DNA from: Zygnema circumcarinatum SAG 698-1b
Lineage: Eukaryota > Plantae > Zygnematophyceae
NCBI GenBank assembly: GCA_037447605.1
Contig: CM074804.1
Location: forward strand, 4,069,909 to 4,133,908
Length of the DNA stretch: 64,000 nucleotides
Reading direction: 5' to 3'
Every line of letters starts with the position of its first letter. Within the stretch, counting starts at the first letter, position 1. This document shows positions 54,900-64,000 of this stretch, piece after piece. The notes beneath the pieces were generated by a model. The model was not told where the DNA came from and ran no database searches. It saw only the letters and a program-made list of their open reading frames with translations. The position numbers and the translations under genes are program-made.

Positions 54900-55155
54900 G
54901 AGTACGTTTGATTGCATCGCCATCGTGAGGTAGTGCTATTCCTCTCCCCTTCCACTGCATCCGTTACTTGTTACCTCGCCATGTCGCTTCTTCATACTGG
55001 CCCTATCGAGACCACGACTAGCTCATTGTTCTTCTTAACGGCTTACAAGCTTGTGCTTGTGCTTAGGTCCTTTGCGACCCGTCCTTCGTGGTTCCCCATG
55101 CTGCTTTTGTCCATGTACATTTGATGGCCTCGCCATCGTGAGATCAATACCATTT
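54900..55155 (-). repeat. Dispersed repeat family A: a full core (about 55060-55155) plus a second core (about 54900-54935)
   Basis: ttccccatgctgcttttgtccatgtacatttgatggcctcgccatcgtgagatcaatacc, and gagtacgtttgattgcatcgccatcgtgag. Confidence 0.75.
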
Positions 55156-55972
55156 TTCTCTTCTTACAAGCACATCTTACTGTAAGGAGACAGCATTGAG
55201 AACATCTCACGTTTTCTCTTCAGAACTTGACAGCACTGAGACCGAATGCCTTGTACACCATGCAGGAACATTTGATCTAAAGGGTGTCTGGCTTGCTTTT
55301 GACGTCTTTCCACACTGCTTCAATGAACGTTCGTCCAGAAAAGGCAAGCAGCACAAATTTAGTGAGCTACGAGCAGTTGAGTCATGGCTTCCTGCAAACC
55401 CAAGTTACGCTACATTTCAAGCCATTCAAAACTTTGGACATGATAATGACAATTTTTCGATGTATTTCTTACACAGCGCATGCGTTTACAAAGAAATTAT
55501 ACATCCGGAGTTCAAGTAACTTCCCTACAAAAAACTGCAATATATGCAATAGTCTACAGCCTTGGAGATATTCTCCCTCTTCGAAACTGCTACTAAAAAA
55601 AACTCTCCGCATCTCCAGTACTACTTAATACACTCAGTGGCCAGCCGTGCTCTTAGCGAAGCTGACTGACTGAGACGCCAAAAAATTGCCAATCAAGTCT
55701 ACTCTACGAAACTAAGAAGATGATCTTTCTTGTCTTGAAGTTGGCATAGAAATACAGCCTACAGTACCGACACAATCATTCATGCATTCTCCTTTTGAGA
55801 ATTCGACCGGCCGTGTGCGGTCCAGTTTCAGTTGCGTTGTGCAGGCCATCGACAAGAGATTGCGAGAGATGATAGAAGAATGTGATAATCTACAGCGCTC
55901 CAGATAGGGAAAGGTAGTTTTCACATCAAAACGCCGTAAATGACTGGAAGCCGGGCTATCTCCTTACTGAAC

Positions 55973-57137
55973 TTAATTTACGATGACAGGCGTGAATGGC
56001 TGAGCACCTTCTGCTGCAGCAAGTTCCTGGAAAAATGAAGCCAGAGATACGATGGAATGAATCTCATGATACACTTTGCAAAATAAGCGGAATGAATCAC
56101 TTGAATGCAGACACATCACCAATTGCCTGCTCCAATAATCAACTCACCTGCTCTTCCACATCACTAGCTCGCCGTAATAGTATGGAAAGACCGGAGTTCA
56201 TCCTCCTCTCCCCTATAATTCCGCCCCTGCTCCCAACCACTGAGTTCCGTGGGAAGACCTTTTCCCATCCTGCTGGCGGTGTTGTATCGACCTGAAATTT
56301 CACAATGCGTGGACCATGTCCGAAGCTTCCGGAGGTGACAGTTCCCCGTTCTGCAAACGAGCCGAAGAGCTCTTTCCTTGGAAGTGGACTGGCGAATGTT
56401 GCAGAGGCTCCTGTTGCGCGCCTATTCAATCCTTCACTCGACATACATACTGTGGAATGTGTGTAGTTGGATGAGTCAACAGCAACAGTGGTTCCTGTAT
56501 CGAAGATGAAGCACCTGGAGGTCGAGGACACAACTGTCAAAGGAGTCACTAGAGACTGATTGCTTGGCAAACTATCTGTAGCAGAACTCCCATTCAGATA
56601 CTTCGCACATTTCGCACCTCTGCTATCGCCTTCCGGAGTTACTCCTTCAGACACTTTTCCTTCATCTTCTTCCTCTTTGCCGAGGTCATCCTGATTCGCG
56701 GCCTTCGGATCTTCTCTAGGCTGATTTCCAGCAGATTCCGCACCTTGATTGCTGTTATCAGAATCCGATAAACCACCTTTGAATGCGAGACTCAGGGCTC
56801 CTTGACGCGAGACTCTCTTCTCACCCTGACCGCCAATGTTGAGCTTTTTGGCCGTAACTTTGAACACCGCCTCCTCCTGCAGAGGAGCTTGCGCTTTCTC
56901 CTTTGGAGAGCAAAATCCAGAAAGATGAGGAACAGTCCCTGAAAGCAGTGATTTAGGTCGAGAGGACAAGGAAGGAGGAGGTGCGGCTGGACCGAGTTTC
57001 TTAATTGGAGGAGAAGCCATGGCTGAGCCTGACAAGTCGGGCATCTTCCCTAAGGAATTTGCAAGAGGCCAAGCACCTCCGTGCGCCGCCAAATACTTTG
57101 CCAGCACCTGCGGCTCGTCGAGCTCGGAATCATCCAT
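55973..57137 (-). CDS. Uncharacterised Ser/Pro-rich protein (about 347 aa)
   Basis: A long open exon 57137-56148 (MDDSELDEPQVLAKYLAAHGGAWPLANS...LLRRASDVEEQ) has a GTGAGT donor, and a putative exon 56026-55973 gives ELAAAEGAQPFTPVIVN*. A GC-rich promoter island lies upstream. The family was not recognised. Confidence 0.65.
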
Positions 57138-58310
57138 TTCTTAAACGGGCAATTCTTCTTGATCCTGACCCTGCAGGGTAGCAGAATCCCTCCGCTGGCA
57201 AGACTCCTCCCCTCAGATACACCACACAGAAAGACCTAACCAGTCGACTCGTACCGTAAGAAAAGCCCTCCTCCCGTCGAGAACTCCAGACCCTGAGCCT
57301 AGCCCTCCCGGAAACTTGGAACCTGTAGAACCCTAAACTTGGCCTCAAATGGGAGGGGGGGGGGCAACTTATACCTTTTCAGGAGAGCGTTCCCTGCATC
57401 CAGTTCCGTCAGGTTCCGCCGGAACTGCGGCCCAACCGTATGGAACGCGCGAGAGGCAAGTGGCCGCTGACCGCCGCAAAACAAGGCCAAAGCGTGACGT
57501 GACGCGGCGTGGCAGCCACGGCAGCGGCGGCCGCACCGCCCGTGACGCCAGCAACCGCGCGATGCGGCACGTGGCGCTGGAACATGACGCCATCGGGTGC
57601 ATGGGCGGGCGTGGCCCTCCGGTTTGCGAGGAAGAAGGTTCCGCGCATGTGCTTCCGCAGATCCGGAATCAAAAGGGCTGGTGACGTGGCGCGCTCTGGG
57701 CGCGTGGAGGGGCCGCGGGATGTGCGTGGCCGTCACGTGGCGCGTTGAGATTGGGAAGGAGCGCTGGCAGTGGATAAACCGGGCGGGCGGCATCTTAGGC
57801 CGTACAGGTCCGGGCGGGCGGGCAGCAGGCGGGCGGCGGGACCGGCCGTCGCGCGTGTCACGCGCTGGCGCGCCGCGGCGGGTGCCACGCTGGCCAATGC
57901 GCGCGCTGACGGTGCGTGTGTGTGTGTGTGCGTACGGTACTGTACTCGAAAAAAAAGGGCGCGTGTCGTTTCTCGGAGGCAGGAATTTGAATGCCAGGTC
58001 CACGTCCAGGTGCAGTGCATCGGCGGCGCAACGGTCCAGGCCGCCCCTCGCGGCGCCCGCCGCGCTGTCGGCCGCTTTCGTAAGAGACACGCAGCGGCCG
58101 TACAGGGGACGTTGAGGCGAAGCCTCCGCGAAGGTGCGCCGCCACTTTGGAGCACCTTCCGATGTCCTCGCTGGCGGCGGGGAAGGACGGAGGCAGGCAG
58201 GCCCAGGCCTCGTCAAATACGGGATTTTGGCGTAAGATAAGGAGTTGTCCCTTAAACTGGTTTAAGGAAACCCCGTAAATTTGGCATATACGGACGGAGA
58301 GAAATGAATA

Positions 58311-58515
58311 GGGAGAGTCAGACCTTGATCATCGCTTACAAAATTCCCGAATTCCTCATACAGTACTAAAAGTCACTTCTTTCGTGTACGAATTCCGGAT
58401 CGGGATCCGCGGCTCCGCCTTACACAGCCGTACCGAAATGCGTACCTAGCCAATGCTTAATTCGCCCGACAGGCTTACGAAATTGATTTGGCGATGGTCA
58501 AGGTCTGACTCCCCC
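58311..58515. mobile_element. MITE (205 bp) with a 25-bp TIR and TA flanks
   Basis: The left end GGGAGAGTCAGACCTTGATCATCGC pairs with the right-end reverse complement GGGGGAGTCAGACCTTGACCATCGC (2 mismatches). TA occurs at 58309-10 and 58516-17. Confidence 0.75.
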
Positions 58516-60065
58516 TAATGAATGCTTTCTTATTTCAGTTTACTTTTTTTGTGGTTAAAACCCAGAAGTTTGGAGGTTATGATTTGGAATGTTAGTTTTT
58601 GTGAGGAAGTTTCCAAACTATGATGTATTCTATAATGGTGATATTTGGAGTAATTTACGAGGGATGGAAATGGAGATGGAGAGCTTTGGATGGGTCTGCA
58701 AGGCTTTCATGCAACTGGGCCTTTCAGTGAGTAGGTATATGCTATCATTGCCAAATGAAAACAGCGCTTTGATACATTTGGTGAAATCTAATCTTTAGGA
58801 GTTGAAAAGTTTGCATCGGTTTGTGTTGTTAAGCCAACAACTAGGGTTATGTACGTATGAAAACATACAGTAGCCATCGTGAGTACAAATGCAATTCATT
58901 TCGCATTTTTTGGAACCAAAAAAAGAAAGATAAAAAGGCTTTTATGGTATTTACGGTTAATCCCCTTAAATCGATCTCAAGCTGTTCCGTGAATAATCGC
59001 CAGCGGACAGTACCATACGGGAAATACGCATACCAAACTGGAAAGCCAGCGGGCCGTGCTGACGTGCGCGGCCATCCGTACACCAGCTGCGGGGCCGGGC
59101 GGTCCCCCTTGTCGTATGGGCGAGGGAGCCGGCGTGGCCGTCAAATTCTCGTAGCGTCGCGGAAGCTTCTTGGAATAATTTGAGCGTGACGCTACCACCC
59201 GGTTCCATGCTGTGACTGCGGCCACTGCCGGAGTCGCAGGTAAGGTACGGCACCGTACGGAAGCAGACGACACGCAACCACGTCAGCAGTGTTCGCTCGC
59301 CTGCCGTCGCACTATAGGAAACGCGTCGTCCAGCTGTCGCACCATGAGACAAGCCCCGCACTATCGGGTGTTGCGCGAAAGCACGAGGACCCGCAACTCG
59401 CCAAAGTGCGATGCGACCGAGCGGACGTCATGTTACGTCATGTCGCCACCCGTGTGCGATGGGGCCATTCATTCCCGGCCCGGCCCGTCCGCCACACCGC
59501 GCGTGCGTGCATGGAGGCATGGACCAGGCGGGCCACGTGGCGCAGGGGGTGCTTCCTTCGGAGGCGGAGCCGCGCTCGAGCCCGCCCGCCCGCCCGCCCG
59601 CCCGCCAGCCGGGCCAGGTCACGTGACGCCAGACAATGATTCCGCCGGTCGTGACGGCACACCCGCTCCTCCCGCATGCGACAAGCGAGGCCGCCCGGTC
59701 GAGCAGCTGGCGCTCTACGCCTCGCCGTCACCCCAGCTACATTCCGCCACGTGGCCGGTCCGCGCGCCGCGGCGACATCATGCAGCCCGCGACCCGCGTG
59801 GCTGCCGGCCGGGCCCGGAAATAGGACCGTACTGTACTGCAATGTACGGTATTGTACGGCATGCACTTGGTTTTCCTGAAAGCCGGTTCTGCCGTGGGAC
59901 GGCCGGCCGGCAGAATCGCGAGCTGCCGCGTACGGCCGGCCGGCAGCCCGCGCCGGAGAAGCCGGGCGGGGTCGCGCATTGATCCGTACGGATGGCGGGT
60001 CCGCCCGGCAAGCAGGCAGGCGTGGAGCGAGCGCAGGGCGGGGCGGGCTCATGCGGGCACTGCGG

Positions 60066-60655
60066 CCGGGGGCGGACCTGCATAGAGTCATAGACACGTT
60101 GGGGGGGCTGAGTCCCGCCTCAGACTTTCAAAAGTCAACTTTTTGAATTTTATCTTATGTATTCTATGCTGAAAGAGGGCTGAGCCTCCGCTCAGTAGAA
60201 TTCTTGGATCCGCCCCGGGGTGAAACATTGGATCGACAACCATTGGACAACCATTGGATGGCAATGGTTTGACGATCCAATGGTTGGCAGCCATAGCCAT
60301 CCAATGGTTCAAACAATTGCTGTTTCGGTCTGACGAAAATGGCTGGGAACCATTGACAGTGGCTGTTTCGGTCTGGCGCCAATGGTTCGCAACCATTGGA
60401 CGCATCGATGATGAATCCGATAGTTGGAACAATTACATAGAAATTGCCATTTTTTATCCGCCGACGGCCAGATTCGAACTCATATTTCGTTAACTATGGA
60501 GGTGATATATCTTAACCATTATATAGCAGATGTGGGTGAAATTCAAATATAAAAACCTATCTAAATGAAAAAGAAATGTTAACCAATGTTGGCGCCCATT
60601 GCATCCAATCGTTCCGACCATTGGGCGTCGTTGATCCATCCGCCGGTCCGCCCTG
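60066..60655. mobile_element. Composite of degenerate small TIR elements: a GGGCGGA(T/C)C-ended unit (60066-60218) plus a second CCATTGG/CAATGG array
   Basis: Ends are CCGGGGGCGGACC (60066), TTGGATCCGCCCCGG (about 60204-18) and GGTCCGCCCTG (60645-55). The array shares CATTGGATCGAC with the 51.5-kb element. Confidence 0.45.
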
Positions 60656-60979
60656 TGCCCTCCCTCCCTCCCTCCCTCCCGTCCGTCCGTACGTGCGTAC
60701 CTCCTGCGCGGCGCGGCGCGCAGACCTGAAAAGCAGACACGAATCACGGACCCGCCCTCCGCCGCTCGCAGTTCCAGTTCTGTTGCGCGTACCCGAACTG
60801 TCGCACACATGTATCCGCCGTTAAACCAGAACACGGAGAGGCGGCCTCGCTACGTGAAATGCGTACTCCGCAGACGAATCGGAACGGGTACCGCGCGCGG
60901 GTGCAAACCCAACCCTTACTGCCTCCCAGGCCTTCTCTGCCGCGTCTCCTCCAGCCCTCCTTCCGGCGGGCGGGCGGCC

Positions 60980-62913
60980 ATGGAGGAGGTGTCAGCGCGC
61001 ATTCAGGCGGGGGTGGAGCGGCTCGTGGAGGACGTGGACCAGACCGTCAGCAGACCGCAGGAGGTACCGCGCGCGCGCCCCTCTCCCTGCTTTGCTTTCC
61101 TGCGACTATACGTGTTATTAGGGTCAGAGAATTTACAATTCAGACTCGCCGTTGGAAGGCTGCAGACCTTGCTTAAAAATATAACGATAATTTGAATGTG
61201 CGAGTGATGATATGTATGCCTAAAAATTAAAAGCACACAGCATACACAGCAGAGCTTTTTTTCTTTTTTAAAATGCAAGGAAAGTTTCCTGTATGAGGAT
61301 GCTTAACTTGATCCATCTTTACCAATTCACTACGTTTTCCTTTTCATGGAGTGGAAAGAATGGATCAGGAACTTTATCGCAACATGTCCCCACTTGAAGG
61401 GAGGATGAAGCTCAGACTGGATTGAGAGAAAGAGGGACAATGAAGTTGAATGGGTCTAGGCAACTTGAAGTCGTCCAAATAAAACGATAGATGGGGAAAA
61501 AAAATGTTCACGAAAAAACTAGTTGTTTGAGTGTGTGCTTTCTTTTCTTTTTGGTGAAACATGGAACCTTTTGAAATGATGTTGAATCATTTTAGTACAA
61601 AAAAAAAAAGGGAAAAGAAACAGGAGTAGAGGTTTTTATTATTTTTGTTTTTTCTACTTAATTCGACATAGAGGTGGGATCTAGCGAGTTGTCCACGAGC
61701 CTTCTTTTTAATGGACGAGAAGTACTTTTGTGTCTGCACAGCGGAACTGTGCTCGAGAGTGGACACGTGCAGCAATTATTCTGCAGTGCTTCCTCTGAGG
61801 GCTATTTGTGCTTCATGGATCCAACATCAAGCGGATCTTTAGAACAAATTTAGTGCGTGTTAACAACGTCCATTTGACATGTTCATATCATGTAGGTTCA
61901 GTTCTGAAGACAGTGACAGTAAATGGAGGAGTGAGAGGAACCAGAAATTCTAAAAGGAAGGAGAGGAGGGGGGGAGGGGCGAGAGCGAGAGCGCGCGAGA
62001 GAGAGAGGGGTGGCAGGAGAGGAATTCGGGAATGCCACAGATGAAAAAAAAAAAAGCTTGACCTACGCTTTGCCTTCTCCCTCTCCTTTTCTTTCAAGAA
62101 TAGGTCACATCCTGCTTTGTTTTTGGATGGACGATTAGCCAGCTTTGACGGGAGTTTGAATTCGCTGTTTTTCTATCGCTGCCAGAAAGCAGCCTATTTG
62201 TGCTGTTACAAATGTTTCGATGATGGAAAGCGGTCAAGGGAGTCCCTGCAGCATTGTCTTCAAAGCTGCCGGCAAGACGTGGAGAGAACTGAAGCAGTCA
62301 TAAACTCAGAGCTCAGCAGGTTCCAGGTACTTCTTGCCTACCTCGTGAATCAGAAGAAATGAAACGACAATTGAAAGATTAAAGGGTCACGTCATGTTTT
62401 TATTCGGTGCCTCCTGCATCTCTCTCCTTCTCACTCTCAACCACTCCCACTCTCGCTCGTTCGCATGTCGTGGAATGGCTTGGAGAAGATCGCCAGTCCT
62501 TCCTCTCCTTCTGCCCCTCCCTACTGTCCCCTCTACTCTCGTCCTCTTCCTCCACATTGTCATGCTCCCTCCGTTCCCCCTTTCAAAATGACGTTGTTGG
62601 AAACAGTCATCTGTACGGCGGCGGTACTTGCAGACATTCGATATTATTAATTATGCAATCCTGTTTGTTAGGCTTCCATTTTCACTCCTCCTTTCTCTGT
62701 TTGACGAGTTTGCAGGAACGGTTGCAAAGGTGTGCTTTAGGGTGTCAGGACAAGGCCCAGGCCGCGTACTCCCCCAACCCTCTGCAGGGCAGTGCCGGCG
62801 CTGAGGAGGAGGTGCGCCGCAAGCTGGAGGGCTGCGTGTGGAGGTGCGCAGATGAGGAGCTGCGAGCTCTGCCGCAAATGTCAGAGCGGATCAAGTATCA
62901 ATCAAGAAGCTGA
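60980..62913 (+). CDS. FAM136A / DUF842 family protein (140 aa, 3 exons)
   Basis: Exons 60980-61063, 62186-62326 and 62716-62913 give MEEVSARIQAGVERLVEDVD.../KAAYLCCYKCFD...QHCLQSC...SELSRFQ/ERLQRCALGCQDKA...KLEGCVWRCADE, with paired CX3C motifs. Confidence 0.9.
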
Positions 62914-63136
62914 GGCAACATTTATTGGACCAGTTTTCGAGCACTCTCGGCTTTTCTCCCTTTTCAACAGGTTGAGCGAATGTTGAAAGTCAATTCTTTT
63001 TCAAAAAAGAAATCGAAGTAGAAATAGGGCACAAAGTAGAGTTATAGCGGCTGAAACCACCCAAAATTTTGTCAAGGATTGGAGAGGACGTGCTTTCCAG
63101 CTATGGCTGCTTGTGAAGTGGGTTTAGTTTCGGAGT

Positions 63137-63344
63137 CAGGGCGGCCCCAGGATTTTAGTTCAAGGGAGGCTGAGATCCAATATTTTAGGTTTTTCGGGGG
63201 CGCTGACCAGTAAGCTAGGAAAAAATAAACTGAAATTCGAGTGTTTTTTGCTATTCAATCTTCAGAGGCGATCAGCGACTACCAGCTTTTAAAAATCTGA
63301 GGCGGGCTGAGCCCTCCTCACGCAACCGTGGGTTCACTACCCTG
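63137..63344. mobile_element. Degenerate MITE related to the 60066-60218 unit, in the opposite orientation
   Basis: Ends are CAGGG...CCCTG. The internal CTTTTTAAAAATCTGAGGCGGGCTGAGCCC matches the reverse complement of about 60105-60135. Confidence 0.45.
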
Positions 63345-63574
63345 TTCAGTTGGCCTTTACGAAGAGATTAGGCGAATGGGATTGGCTTCTAGAAGGACCC
63401 ATAGCCTCGATTGTTGAACTCATGCTTCCAGAGAAAGGAGCCACTCAATGTCTTGTCCATGAATTCTCAGTATGTTCGGAGAGACGTGACAACTTGTCTC
63501 ACAAAAAACATTTCGATGTCATCTTTAACTTATCTTGAAATCATTTGGAAGTCCGTGAACCATGAACTACCAGG

Positions 63575-63710
63575 GAACTCCATGCATGCATGCATGCATG
63601 CACTCCGGCGCGCAGTGACAGGACGCGCCTCGCCTCGTCTCGCCGCACACGTTGCTGTCCTGTACAGGTCAAGGTCCGCTGACGTGGCAGGCACGTGTCG
63701 CCACCCCAAT
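63575..63710 (+). promoter_or_regulatory. RY-repeat plus ABRE module upstream of a GC-rich island at the window end
   Basis: (CATG)5CA at 63581-63602, TGACGTGGC at 63680 and CACGTGTC at 63692. Confidence 0.55.
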
Positions 63711-64000
63711 GGCTGTATTGTCGTTGGACCCACTTGGCGCAACGATTGCCGTCCATGTTTTCTGGATCTGACGGCTGTGAGTGCGCGCTAGGGCGCGTCG
63801 GTTGACCCGCGACGGGGAGAGGCGGAGCCGGCGAGGCCGTTCGCGCCCGCCCGCCTGCCCGGCCGCGTCTTCTTGGAGCCGCCTCGCCCTGCAGCGCGCC
63901 CTGCCCTGCCCTGCGGGTCTGCTCGAGCGCGCTGCGGCGGAGGATTGGGAGCGCGGTGAGGGAGGGAGGGAGGGAGGGAGGGCTGGGGACCGTCCTCCAT

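Noticed and set aside
57299-58240. Several 140-305 aa ORFs in the GC-rich island
   Set aside because: They are Arg/Ala/Pro-rich, overlap in all frames and are stop-poor because of high GC. The region behaves as the promoter/5'UTR of the 57137 gene.
59212-60097. 256-aa and 219-aa overlapping ORFs
   Set aside because: GC artefacts with no recognisable motif or splice structure.

Overview
This is intron-rich eukaryotic DNA from a green plant lineage. The gene content (NAC, clade A PP2C, GAPN, GDC-H, plant complex I B14.5b) and architecture fit a streptophyte alga or early-diverging land plant; the taxon is inferred, not determined. By manual splicing of GT-AG exons I can assemble 13 protein-coding genes: NEMP (5' end outside the window), a divergent NAC transcription factor, an NADPH:F420-reductase-like (NpdG/Fno) Rossmann protein head-to-head with GAPN, glycine cleavage H head-to-head with TFIIH p52/TFB2, a SAPS/PP6 regulatory subunit, complex I B14.5b head-to-head with a SPIDR/DUF4502-like protein, a clade A-type PP2C, two uncharacterised proteins and FAM136A/DUF842. 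Intergenic DNA holds GC-rich, G-box/ABRE-dense promoter islands, several small TIR elements and a degenerate dispersed repeat family. The clearest TIR elements are two tandem Tourist/Harbinger-like MITEs with TAA target duplications. No rRNA, tRNA or CRISPR array was recognised. The best candidates for new biology are: (1) the Fno-like/GAPN divergent pair, (2) the MITE-built promoter plus a 34-unit in-frame AUG array on the gene at 52.4-53.7 kb, (3) a clade A PP2C lacking the ABA 'Trp lock' and the conserved Arg pair, and (4) G-rich 3' splice sites plus complementary GA/CT intron tracts in TFB2. All coordinates, splice sites and family assignments were read by eye, with no database search.
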